This document shows positions 10,991 through 22,826 of a DNA stretch of 63,788 nt, in pieces (positions within the stretch are counted from its first letter, which is position 1; every line of letters starts with the position of its first letter). The stretch covers positions 275,601,643 through 275,665,430 of the forward strand of contig NC_058133.1 in the NCBI RefSeq assembly GCF_016433145.1, read 5' to 3'. This stretch comes from Gracilinanus agilis. Its lineage: Eukaryota. The notes beneath the pieces were generated by a model. That model saw only the letters and a list, made by a program, of their open reading frames with translations. It was not told where the DNA came from and searched no databases. The translations under genes and the position numbers were made by a program.

Positions 10991-13060
10991 GGCGGGGCGG
11001 GGCATGGACTGAGGGAAGGGGTTGGGAAGGAAGACCCCTGTGGAAGAGGTGAGGTCAGTTCCTGGCACACAGTAAGCGCTTAATAAATGACAGTTGAATT
11101 GAATCATCAGGAAGATCTAAATGGGGAACGGGAGGGATCTAGGGCAGAAAAGGAGACGAAATGGGTAGTGTCCTGGACCAAGAATCATGAAGGCCCTAGT
11201 TCAAATTGTATCCCAAACATTCAGTAATGGTGTGAGTTATTTAGCTTTTGTGTCAGTTTCCTTTCTGGAAAATAGGGATAATAATAGCATCTCCTAGGGT
11301 CGTTGTGAGATTCAAATGAGATCATATTTTATAAAGTTCTTTATAAACCTTTCAGTGCTATATCAATTTTAGCTCCAGATGGAAGAGTAAAGGGCAAGAG
11401 TTCGAGTTTGTAGATTTTTTTTTTTAATGTTCCTCATAGGGTAGGGAAAAAAAGAAGATGACAGTGGGGCAGCTAGGTGGCAGGGGGTAGAGCAATGTGC
11501 TTGAGTCCAGCCTCAGACAGTTGTTAGCTGTAGGACCCTAGGCAAGTCCCTTAACCACTGTCTGCCTTAGTTTCCTCATTTGTAAAATGGAGATAATAAT
11601 AGCACCTCTCAAGGTTGTTGTGAGGATCAATTGAGATAGTAATTGTAAAACTCTTAGCACAATGCCTGGCACATAGTAAACACTAAATAAATGTTAGCTA
11701 TTATTATTATTATTAATCATGAAAGGGGCCGAATTGAAAAGTTCTAAAAGCCAGCAGACTATTTAACTCATTTTGGGGTCACTTCTTCCACGAAGTCTTT
11801 CCTGATTCCTCCAGATCTGGGCTTAAGTCCCTACACTACTCATTAATCACCAAATGACCCTGGGAAGTTTACTTTACTCCTTGGGCCTCATTTTCATCAC
11901 CAGTAAAATGAAAGGATCATCCAAATGATCCCTTCCAATTCTAATATTAGTTTGATTTATTTTGTAGCACATCCTACCATTGAACATAGTTAACTATGTA
12001 CATATTAGATTATAAATACTGTGAGGGCATGTTTTCATCTTTTGTGTCCTAGTGCTGAGGACAATTCCTCAATTCCTGGTGTATAGTAGGCATTTAATGA
12101 AAGTTTGATAAATTGAGAATTATATCACACTACTTAGTCATTTATTAAGTGTGTAGAGCACTGTGCTAGATACCAGGGGAGTTAGAGGTTTAATACAATA
12201 TTCTTGCCCTCAGAGATATTATAATCTTATAGGCCAGGGTCTCATTTGTTTCCTTCCCTTTGTGGATCCCAATCCCTCCTCTCACCTAGGGTTATGAATC
12301 CCCTCCATCTCTCCTCCCTCCTTTGGCTGAGGGATGGCCCTTTGTGGTTTTGCTTCCTCTTTCCATTCTTTTCTACTCATACAGATACTAACAGGCCTCA
12401 AGGACAGTTTCCTTTTCTCTTTATTCTCACTTCTATTCATGTTCTAAGAACTAGGTAAACATTTTAATAAGAAGAATCAAAGAATTTTAGAGCTAAAAGT
12501 GATTTTAGAAGAAAGAATACTGGATCAGGAGTTTAAAAACCTGAGATTGAGTATGGATATGGTCCAAGAAGCAAATCAATTTTCCTCTCTGAGCCTTAAT
12601 TTCCTCATTTATAAAATGGAGCTAAGACTATAACCCTACCTATCCACAGCGTTGGTGTAAAGGTCAGATGAGACTATGCATGTAAAAATACTTTATAATC
12701 TTTTTGCTTTACAAATGTAAGATCATTTTGAAGTTCAGCTGAGGTTTATTAAGTGTTTATTGTGCAAAGCACCAATGGGCCCTGGGGATACAAAAACAGG
12801 TATGACACAGATACTGCTCTCAAAAAGTTTAAAATCTAATAGAGAGAAAGAGAAGTATACAAATAAGGAAGACACAGGACAAGTGAGAGAAAGATAAAAG
12901 GAGGCCAGACAAAGACTCTTAAGGAGGGAAAAGATCATTTTCAGCAGAGTTGGGGTAAGAATAATCACTTGAGATGTTCCTTGAAAGTAAGGAGGGACTT
13001 AAGCACATTGTAAAAAGAGGAAAGGAAGAATCTGTTCCATTCATGGGACATGGTATAAAC

Positions 13061-13229
13061 CAGAAGTGTCTAACCCAAGGCCAACTGCATGAGGCCCACC
13101 AAATTAAAATGTAATTGGGAAATGTTTAACAAAATAAAAATACACTAAAACATAGAAAATGTTAATTTGTGGTTTTCTAAGTCTCCTGAAATCACTGGGT
13201 TCCATTTCTTTTTTAATTTGACACCATTG
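13061..13229. mobile_element. Old hAT/Charlie-type MITE in CNPY3 intron 1
   Basis: Degenerate TIRs cagaagtgtctaac / tttgacaccattg; 8-bp flanks gtataaac / gtgcaaac (6/8). Confidence 0.65.
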
Positions 13230-14039
13230 GTGCAAACAGAGGCAGGGAGATGAAGTGGGGTATAATGGGAATTGAGGAGAAAAAGTAACCAGTTTAGCTG
13301 GAATGTAGAAGGGGAGTAGTATAAGATTAGAAGAGTAGGTTGGAGCCAAATTGTGGAGAGTCAGAACTGAGAGTGTATGCTCTTATTTAGTAGATGTCAT
13401 TGGTTGTTATTATCTTCTAGTCCAGCCTCCTCATTTTATAAATGATTCAACAAAGATGGTTAGAGCTCCATGTTGACTTGGCAGATTCCAGCCCTCAGGC
13501 TTCTTCTTACTATGCTATTGTTAATAATAATTTTATACTCTTATATAAGTGTTTATTGTGCCTGGCCCATAGTGCTGGGCTTCTGGCCCAGCAGCCCAAG
13601 AGAAACAGGCCTTGACACATGGGAAGGTTGTGTACCTGCCCAGGAAGGATGTGGGTGGATGTCCATGAGTTTCTGGGTTCCATGCCACAGGCCCCTCTAG
13701 ACCTAGTTCTGGGTGGGATCCCCAGAGGGGCTTCTTAGGTGGTGAGGTTTGGAGGAGTTGAGGAGATGGCTTATAGTTGGATGGATAGTAAAGTAGGAGG
13801 GTATTCCAAACCCCCAGGCCTTGCAGAATTCATACAGAGGGCGTGGGAGAAGGGGGCAGAGAAGCCAGAAAGATGATGTGCTTTCCTGGAGCGAAGGGAA
13901 TGAGGAGAGAAATGTAGGAAAGGAGAGAACAGATGGCATGGAATGGACAGCTAGGGAGGTGAGCTGCAATTTAAATTCAGACTCAGAGAACCAGCTGATT
14001 TTATGAAACGATTCAAGAATCCTTTCTTTGTGGCCTTAG

Positions 14040-14290
14040 ATATAGTCTCAAGACCATTAGTTAATGCATGTGATAGAAAATATCATCATATGACTCTCCA
14101 GGGCATGTTATTTGTCACTGGTAAATGGATTTCCACCAACCTTTGCCATCAATATTTTAATAGATGTCATGGGATGTAGGCTCAAGGCCATACTGTGTTA
14201 AAGGGGGCATGAGGACCTGCTTAGCCCATAACCAAATGTTGACTCATTTTGTTCTTCTATTGACATCATTTATTACTTTGTGAATCCCTA
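14040..14290. mobile_element. Probable L3/CR1 reverse-transcriptase relic
   Basis: catcaatattttaatagatgtcatgg resembles the DNA of the CR1 FNIFINDLD segment. Confidence 0.35.
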
Positions 14291-15627
14291 TTGTATAATG
14301 ATCATAGTCAAAGTAATAGAAAGAAATAGAAAATAGCAGCCTCGATCTTGAGACCTGAGAAAGTAGCCCAAGATATGCATATGGGTGAGGAAAAATTAAG
14401 TGATTCATACCAAGTACTTAAGTGTTGAAAGGGACCCTGAATAGTCAGTCAGAAAACCAATAAGCATTTATTAAGTTCCCACTATGTGGTAGGCACTGTG
14501 CTTGGCACTGGGATGCAAAAAAGAAAAAAGTAAATAAAACCTCCACCTTCCAGGAGCTTCCTTTCAAATGGGAAAGCAACATGTTCCTATATAGCTAAGA
14601 CAAGGTAACCTTAAGGGGAAGCAGAAGCAGCTGGGAGGACAAGAAAGGGCTTCCTGCAGAAGGTAGCTGAGTTTTAAAAGAAATCAGGGGTCTCCAGAGA
14701 AGGGGGTGAGGATGGGAATGCTTCTTCCACAGGAACATTCCAGGCCCTGAAACAGCCAAGTGTAAGGCATAGAAATGAGAAATGCAGAGCAGCTAGGTAC
14801 ACAGTGGATAGACAGTCAGCCTGGAGTCAGGAGAACCTGGGTTCAAATCTGACCTCAGACATGTCATAGCTGTATGACTTTGGGCAAGTCACTTAACCCC
14901 AATTGCCTAGCTTTGACTGTTCCTCTGTTTTAGAATTTATATTAAAATAGAAGGTAAGGGTTTAAAAAAAAAAGAAATGAGAAATGAAGTGTCTTATGTT
15001 AGGAAGAGCAAGGAGGCTGATATGACTGAACTATAGAATGCATAATATATAAGCAGGGAAGGTAGGAGGGGGACAGATTGTAAAGAACTTTAAATTCTAA
15101 ACACAGGCATTTGAGTCTAGAGGTAATAGGGAGCCAGGGAAGTTGATTGAGAAGGGGAGTGACATAGTCAGATCTGTGCTTTAGGGAAATCACTTTGGTA
15201 ATTGGCATAACTGCAAGGTGAAAATCAAGTAAGCAATCCAAAGAGAGTTTTTCTAGTGACTGGGGATTTTGAAGAAAATACCAAATGTGGATTGCATAGT
15301 ATGTGCAAAAAGAGTGTTCCAGGCTGTTTTCATCAATAAGAAGGTTGGGACAGACAGATTATGTGGGAGATGGGTAACAAATTTGCTTGTCAAGATCAAG
15401 GAAATCACAAGAAACATAAAGATAGGAGCTGAAGGGTATTGATAAAGGGATGTGGATATGATATACTCCATCTGAGGCTAGAACCAATGCCTTTGTGAAT
15501 TGTCAAAAGAGTTGGCTTGTTTCTGGGAGTGTTGGGTAGGGAAGAGTCTCGGGTTTGCCTTAGCTGAGAGAAGTCTCCCCTCAAGTGGCACCCATTCAAC
15601 CAGCTGTGCTTTTCCTCTTTCTCCCAG

Positions 15628-15751
15628 TGTGTAAGTATGTAGCTGTGGAACTGAAGTCAGCCTTTGAGGAGACAGGCAAGACCAAGGAAGTGCTCGATAC
15701 TGGCTATGGCATCCTAGACCAGAAAGCTTCCAGAGTCAAATATACCAAATC
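15628..15751 (+). CDS. CNPY3: CNPY3 exon 2
   Basis: cccag| [42 protein letters not shown] |gtaagt; 124 nt. Confidence 0.97.
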
Positions 15752-16174
15752 GTAAGTGAGCAGGGAGTTCACAGAACTGCTTTAGTCCATTTTTGAAGAT
15801 GCTGGCAAGTTGAAGTTTTGTCCCTGTCCCCATCCCATTTCCCAAGGGAGACCAGTGGTACCCAAGACAGTGTAAAGGAAGGGAAAGAGCACTGACTTAG
15901 AAGGCCAGAGAGATGAGTTTTCATTCTGGCTTTGCAACTCACTGCTTCTTTAATCTTGAGCAAGTGATTCCCTTCTGGGTCTCAGTTTCCTTATCTGTAA
16001 AAAGAGAGGGTTTGACTAGATGGTCTGTGAAGTATTTGCTGGCTCTGGCATCCTTCAATTCTATGATCCCTCTCAGGCAGAAAAAACCTGTCCCTATTTC
16101 TCTGGTGGCAGCAGCAAGGGCCAATTGGAAGTAGGTAGGGAGATCCAGTACCCTTTGTGTTGGCATTTCCTCAG

Positions 16175-16271
16175 GGATCTTCGGTTAATTGAAGTAACTG
16201 AGACCATCTGCAAGAGACTTTTGGACTATAGCTTACATAAGGAAAGATCTGGCAGCAACCGGTTTGCTAAG
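16175..16271 (+). CDS. CNPY3: CNPY3 exon 3
   Basis: tcag| [32 protein letters not shown] |gttggt; 97 nt. Confidence 0.97.
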
Positions 16272-16319
16272 GTTGGTATCATGCCCTTTATTTATTCCTT
16301 CTGGGACATGAGGTAGAGG

Positions 16320-16321
<2 letters not shown>

Positions 16322-16363
<42 letters not shown>
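16322..16363. repeat. (GT)21 microsatellite in CNPY3 intron 3
   Basis: Perfect dinucleotide run starting ~50 nt after the exon-3 donor. Confidence 0.98.
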
Positions 16364-16365
<2 letters not shown>

Positions 16366-17056
16366 TTGTGTTGATTTGTGTGGGTGAGATTTGAAGAGTA
16401 AACCTTGGGAGGTCTTGTTTCCTGAAGCTGGCCCCAACCTGCTCTTTATTTCTATTTGTACTCTCTGTTTAGCCCTGCCAACCCCACCTTTCAAAGACAA
16501 GGTTTTTGTTCTCACTGACCGACACTAGGAACAGTCCTAAGTACTGATCAAACTCCCTGAAGCTCAAGGGACAGAACTACCCACTGGCGATGAGGGACTA
16601 TGCTGGCCTCCTGACTTTTAAAGCTCTTCAAAATTGGAGAGTTAGGTTTTCAGTGAGAAAGAGGATTCTGAGGCAATATCAGCAAGAAGTTTTGGGAATA
16701 GGAAAGGAGGAGCCTCTAAGTGAAAAATATGGGTTGTGGTTAGAGAATGAGAATAAGAGTAAGAGAGGTCAGGGCAGCAGCAGCCCAAGAAGAAGGCCAG
16801 AGTCAAGGCCAGCAGCTAGATGGAGAAGAAGCAGAGGTAGGGCGTGGAAGGCCTTGTTGGCATGTTGCTGTGGGGGTTCCTATACAGGGATGAGCTGAAT
16901 TAGGTGATCTGGGAGGCCCTACCAGCTCTGAGACACTGTGATTTTGTGGTCCCTGCAGTTAACCTAAAATGTCTATTACCTTGAGCTCTCATTTCTATCA
17001 GCTTTAAGGATTGAGAGAGGCAGATGGGCAGATACCTTTATGTCTCTTCTTTTTAG

Positions 17057-17179
17057 GGCATGTCTGAGACCTTTGAAACACTCCACAACCTAGTCCACAA
17101 GGGGGTGAAGGTGGTGATGGACATTCCCTATGAACTGTGGAATGAGACTTCTGCTGAGGTAGCTGACCTCAAGAAGCAG
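17057..17179 (+). CDS. CNPY3: CNPY3 exon 4
   Basis: tttag| [41 protein letters not shown] |gtatgt; 123 nt. Confidence 0.97.
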
Positions 17180-17861
17180 GTATGTGCCCACAGAACTTTC
17201 CTGCCCATTCTCAATGCCATTCTTTCTTCTGTAAATTTTCAGAAAGGACTTTGCTTAGATCTCTGCTTTTCCCTCTTCACTACCTACTTATTTTTGTATG
17301 ATTCCTTTACTCCCTTTAATTTTGCGTCTCCCCATTCTCCTAGCACAGTGTATCCCATATTGAACTAAAGAAGTATTGATAGAATCAGATTATTAAATGT
17401 GAGGCCCTTGGGGTAAGGAGAACAGAATGGCCAGGAGAATGGAATCTGTTCTAAATCCTGGGGCAAAAACAAAGTTAGGAGGAACTAGGTTCAGATCTGG
17501 CCCCAGACCCATCCTAGCTGTGTGACCCTGGGCAAGTCACTTAACCCTAGTTGCCTGGCCCTTACTTCTCTTATACTTTGGAACTCATAATTAGTATCAG
17601 TTTTATTTATTTTTTTATAAACCCTTACCTTCTGTCTTGGAAATAGTATCATATATTGATTCCAAGGCAGAAAAGCAGTAAGGGGTAGGTAATGAGAGTC
17701 AAGACCCGGGTCACACAACTAGGAAGTATCTGAAGCCAGATTTGAATCCAAGACCTTCCACCTCCCTACTGGTTCTCAATCCACTAAAGATGTCTAAGGA
17801 CCCTTTCAGTCATGACATTCTGTACTCTATGTATTCATGTTGCTGTTGCCTTCTGTCTTAG

Positions 17862-17979
17862 TGTGATGTGCTGGTGGAAGAATTTGAGGAAGTGATTGAG
17901 GACTGGTATCGGAACCACCAGGAAGAAGACCTAACCTCCTTCCTCTGTGCCAATCATGTGCTAAAGGGGAAGGACACAA
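17862..17979 (+). CDS. CNPY3: CNPY3 exon 5
   Basis: cttag| [39 protein letters not shown] |gtgagt; 118 nt. Confidence 0.97.
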
Positions 17980-18164
17980 GTGAGTCTGAATTGGGAGATG
18001 GAGAGGTCAGGGCAGTTGGCCCTGGCAGAATGCCTGGGTTTGGTGAGCCCTGTGACAATTGGGAGTGGGGTGCCAGACAACAGAACAATTTTGTTCTTGG
18101 GGAACTTGGGCTATTTAGGAAGGTAGCAGCTCCATATGGCTGTGAAAAAGATTCAGACTTTTGG

Positions 18165-18365
18165 GACAGCTGGGTGGTTCAGTGGATTTAAAGCCAGGCC
18201 TAGAGATAGGAGGTCCTGGGTTCAAATGTGGCCTCCAACACTTCCTAGCTGTGTGACCCTGGGCAAGTCCCTTAACCACCATTGCCTAGCCCTTACCACT
18301 CTTCTGCCTTAGAACTCATACTCATATTGATCCTGTGATAGAAGGTAAGAATTAAAAAAAAAAAA
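18165..18365 (+). mobile_element. Opossum-type SINE in CNPY3 intron 5
   Basis: SINE consensus with A-tail. Confidence 0.85.
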
Positions 18366-19431
18366 AGGTTCAGAATGTTTACAGAGTAGATAACAGATGA
18401 GTCTAACATGTGGCACAGGTAAAACATGTATGTATTTGCTGTCAGGTGGTGGGCATCATAGACAAAGGCCCAAGGCAAAATAATCAGAGATCACATTAAT
18501 ATGGTACTTTGTATTCATCCACCAATTATATATTCAGAGTCTTTTACATGTAAGATGCTCTGCTAAGGACACAAAGACAAAATGAAAACCAATCATAGTC
18601 TTCAGAGGGTTTATTTTAGACATTCTAATCTGCAAAGTACCTTTCACACTATCCAGAAAGGTAGATATTGGAAATACTTTTTTTAATTAAATTTTTATAT
18701 AGGTTTTTTCCCCCAGTGATCAAGTATTCCTTTTTATTAGGTGCAGCTAGGTGTCTCAAGTGGATAGAGAGCCATACCTGGAGATGGGGTACTGGTTCAA
18801 ATCTGACCTCAGATCCTTCTTAGCTATGATAAACTGGGCAAGTCACTGAACTCCAATTGTCTAGCTTTTGTTGCTCTTCTGTCTTGGAACTGATACTCAG
18901 TATAGTGATTCCAAGACAGAAGGGTTTGAAGAAAAAGAAAGAATTCCTCATTTTCTCCTTTTCCACTTTCCCTCTTCCCAATGGAAGAACATAAAGAAAT
19001 GGAAAACCCTCGTAACGGATAAGCATGTCAAGCACAGACGTGTTGTCTGGGCTTGTTCTACGTATTAGTCCATCACCAACCAGGCTTGAGGTCAGTAGTA
19101 TGATGAATGAAGATCAACGGTGCTCTGAAATCAAGGTTGATCATTGTGTCACAGAAATATTATTTTCCCCATTTTATACATAAAGAATCTAAGGCTTAGA
19201 GAGAGAAAAGAACTACTTCCCCAGCATCACACAGCTAATGAGCATTGCAATGGGATTCTGAGCCACTTCTCTGACTGCAGATGTGTGCTTGCGGGCTGAA
19301 CACAAGGGTCATCCCTTGTTTCCTTGAGATCCAGGCCTCTGCTTTATACCCATCAGGTACTTGGTAGATAAACTATCTTGGTCATTGCTGGTTGTTTGAC
19401 CTTTCTGTCCCTTCCCCTGTTCTCTCACCAG

Positions 19432-19649
19432 GTTGCCTGAGTGAGCAATGGATCAGCAAGAAAGGGGACACAGCTTCACTGGGAGGGAAGAAAGCCAAGA
19501 AAAAGGGGGGCAAAGGCAAAGTGGCCAGCAAGAAGAACAGCAAGCAGAGGAAGGATTCAGGAAACTTGGATGGGGACCCTCACCCAGAGGAGGATGAGGG
19601 TGTCCAGAAAGCCACTCCTCTCACACACAGCCCCACCGATGAACTGTAG
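19432..19649 (+). CDS. CNPY3: CNPY3 exon 6: basic tail and C-terminal TDEL ER-retention-type signal
   Basis: accag| SCLSEQW...THSPTDEL TAG; total CDS 843 nt = 280 aa. Confidence 0.97.
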
Positions 19650-20185
19650 AATCTAACCAAACACCCCATCTACTATACTAGGGGTGTGGAGGGAAGCCCT
19701 TGACTGAGGGAGACTCTCTTTTCTCATGTGCCTCTGGCTGACAAGGATGGACTCCCCAGCCCTGGGGGGTTCAGTGCACCCCGTGCTGTGCCCTTGTCCT
19801 GCTGAGGATTACAGAGCCTGCCCTTCTTTTTCCCTTCCTGGCAGCCACTTCTCCCCTGGGCTTCCAAGAAGAGTTGTGTAGGGGTCCCAGAGCTAAGAAC
19901 TGCATTGTGAACCTACGAGGGATGGGTCTGAGCATTGCTGAGCCCTCAGGGAGGACTCCATCCCTCATTGTCCCATGGGTGCACCCCACCTTCTTCCAGT
20001 ATGGGTGGTTCAGCAACACCACTCCCCTATATCAGAAACACCTCTCTCCTGGCCCTGCTTCTACCAGGGACACCTTCCTCACCCCAATACTGGTCGAGGC
20101 TGTCTTCCCCAGGGCCCTAGCCCCACCACAGCCATGAGATTACCAGTCTATTCTTTCCCCACCCATTTTACTGCACAATGTGCAG

Positions 20186-20191
20186 AGTAAA
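20186..20191 (+). terminator. Likely CNPY3 poly(A) signal (variant AGTAAA)
   Basis: First PAS-like hexamer I found after the stop; no AATAAA/ATTAAA seen between 19650 and 22620. Confidence 0.5.
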
Positions 20192-22524
20192 AAATATTTG
20201 GCCTTTTTACTCAGTGTACTAACCACCCCCTTTTCTCTGCCTCTCAGTGGGTTTGCTTCCATCCTTCTACCCAGAATTCATGGGACTTGGCACAAGGATG
20301 GTGCAGAGGGTAGTGAATCTTTTTAGCCTTTGGCTTCCCACTTACCTAAGAAAGTTCTTTCAAGCTAATCTGGAAGAGCCAGGACCAAGAGGGAATCCTG
20401 GGAAGCCTGAGTGCTGGGGTTGATGAGGATGGTGGGAGTCAGCACAGAGGAGGAGGATGGCCCAATTCTAGCATGGAGATCGGCTGTTACGCCCTTCAGT
20501 TTCATGCTGGCCCCTACTCCAATACAGCTGGGCCTTGAAAAGTGACTCCAACAAGGACAGTATGTAAACACCCCACTCTAAAGAAGGACATTCTAGAGCA
20601 ACAAGACAGCTGCCTTTGTTCCCATTGGACCTCCTGGGGATGTTTCCTTTTCTGTTCTAGGATTTGATAGTCTTCCTCACCCCCTGCCACCAGGCTCATT
20701 TGTTCTCTTTTCTCCACTGGGTATCCTTCATTAGGCTGTCCAGCCCTGTCCTGCCCTCTCATCCCTCCTTTGCATTTCCTGGGTTTGTATATAATGTGTT
20801 CAATCCCTCCCCTGGGCTGCCCCTTCCCACTGAACTTTGTTCCCCACTGTTCCATCCATTCCTTTTGAACATACCATCTAGGACTCTTCCCCAAACCCCT
20901 AAACCCCCAGGCAACACCTGTTCCTTACACGGTTGCCTTCTGAAGTCCGGGGAGGGGAACGGGCCCCTTTATGTCCCTCCCTTGCCAGACCTGGGACCAG
21001 GGGCCAGTGGCTCCAACACCTGGCACTAACGGTACAGGGTGCATTTGGTGTGGGACTGGTTTGATTTCTTCTCCCACACCCCTCCACTATAAAAGGAAGC
21101 AGCTGTGTTCTCCTAGGATGAGGAGAACTGAAGGTCTCCCCACTACAGCTGCTCCCTCCTCAAATTTAGAGTTTAAAAGGATTCCACTTTCTCCCAACCC
21201 CACCCAGCCTAAGTCTAAGCTCTTTGGTCAACCATTGCTAAGAGATATCTAGCTATGGTGGAATGGGGCTGTAAGCTTGGGAAGAAGTGCCAGGATTCCA
21301 GCCTCTCTTTCCCTTCCGAGGAGGAGGCATGGCAGCCTTTGGCCTTGAGAAATGGGAGGAGAGACCTTGGCCCTTAGGGATTGTTACTCTTCTGGCCCCA
21401 GGGCCCTGGCCTGACTCCCCTTTACTTCCCAGGTCAGATGGGAATCTCGGTGAACCTCCTAAACTGGCCAGAACTGGCCCAATCCCCCTTGGGGGTGGAA
21501 TTAGTCTTTTCTGGACCTTGATGCCTAGGGCTGACCTTTGGAACAGAATTGGGGGTGGAGAAGGGAGGGAACGGAGACTGGGCACAGTAAACAGGTCACA
21601 GCCTTGCACCTCAACCTGTTTCTCTTGCCAGTATCTGACACCTTTAGGCAAAAGCTTCTACCCAGAATCGATTTCATTGATCTCTTGGACAGAGGTTTGG
21701 CCTTCTGGGGTGGCAGCCAGGCTGCCCAATCCTGTGTAACACTGATAGACTCTACCCTGACCCTGAACCTCTCCTCTCAACAATGAGCCTATCACCATTG
21801 TCCCTCGGGTGTTGTGGGGGGAGGTGGCCCCTCCCTCCTCTCAGTGGAGCATCACATTCTCTCTCCACATCCTGGGGTCTTTGGAGGGCCTGGAAACACT
21901 GAATGGTTGTCTGGATTCGTTACAAGCCCTGCCACCCTTTCCTACTAAGCATTTGGGGCCAACCAAAAAATGATGAGGAAGTCAGGCCTCCCCCCAGAAC
22001 CAGTGTTGTAAGGACGATGCTGTGCTGATTCCATGCCAGCCCCTCCCCTTCCCGAGCCGGGGCTCACCTCTACAGAGCCTGCTGTTGGGCCAGCTCACTG
22101 GCTCATCGTGTCCTAAGTCACAAATGGAAGGAGCTGGGCTGATGTATGGGGTAAAGCAGAGATGGGAGAGTATAGGTGGGCCTAACTCGGCCTCGCCAGT
22201 GTCCTGCATGGTGCCTGATACCTAAGAGGAAAGGGGCACGAAGGACACAGTCCTCTTGCACACATGCTCAAGCTGGCGCCTGGGAGAGCTACCTGTTTGC
22301 CTCTTTTCATGCTGTCCTTGGTTCCCAGAAGCTCCCCATGAGTGCGCTCTCGCTCTCCTCCCTCCCTCCTTCTGTCTGTCTGTCTGTCTTCCTGGAATAG
22401 GTCTGGAGGGAGAACACCCACTTGTCACGGCCCCGCACTGTTAGGGATTGGGGAGGTGGAGCAGAAGGGCGCCCATTCACAGGGTTGGGAGGTCGGGAGC
22501 CCAGGGGTGTGTCCTGGAGCTTAC

Positions 22525-22620
22525 CTGCCATTGGACAGGTGAGGCGGGCTGGCCAGAGAGAGCCCGGCAGCCTTATAAGCGCTTTAGCAGGTGGCGGCAG
22601 TGCCAGGTGGAGCCAACAGG
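22525..22620 (+). promoter_or_regulatory. GNMT core promoter: reverse CCAAT, GC box, TATA
   Basis: ATTGG 22530-22534, gaggcggg ~22541, TATAA 22574-22578, 47 nt before the ATG. Confidence 0.75.
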
Positions 22621-22826
22621 ATGGTAGACAGTGTGTACCGGACCCGTTCCCTCGGTGTGGCGGCCGAGGGGCTCCCAGATCAGTATGCCGATGGGGAGGC
22701 AGCCCGGGTCTGGCAGTTGTACATAGGCGATACCCGAAGCCGAACAGCTGAGTACAAGGCCTGGCTCCTGGGGCTGCTGCACCAACACGGCTGCCAACAT
22801 GTGCTTGACGTGGCTTGTGGCACGGG
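22621..22826 (+). CDS. GNMT: GNMT (glycine N-methyltransferase) exon 1
   Basis: [37 protein letters not shown]...VLDVACGTG (SAM motif I); donor gg|gtaaag; 206 nt. Confidence 0.98.

Noticed and set aside
10382-11107. ORFs overlapping the CNPY3 CpG island, including the 24-aa extension from 10632
   Set aside because: GC-rich shadow frames. 10632 is GTG; the Kozak ATG is at 10704.
19099-19130. ATGATGA...CTGA box C / box D pair in CNPY3 intron 5
   Set aside because: Boxes are only ~20 nt apart with no terminal stem; too short for a C/D snoRNA.
21253-21786. Overlapping 82-150 aa ORFs between CNPY3 and GNMT
   Set aside because: No recognisable domain or codon bias; consistent with chance in GC-richer DNA.
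22591-22620. 10-aa N-terminal extension of GNMT
   Set aside because: Starts at GTG and lies too close to the TATA box to be transcribed; the conserved MVDSV start is at 22621.
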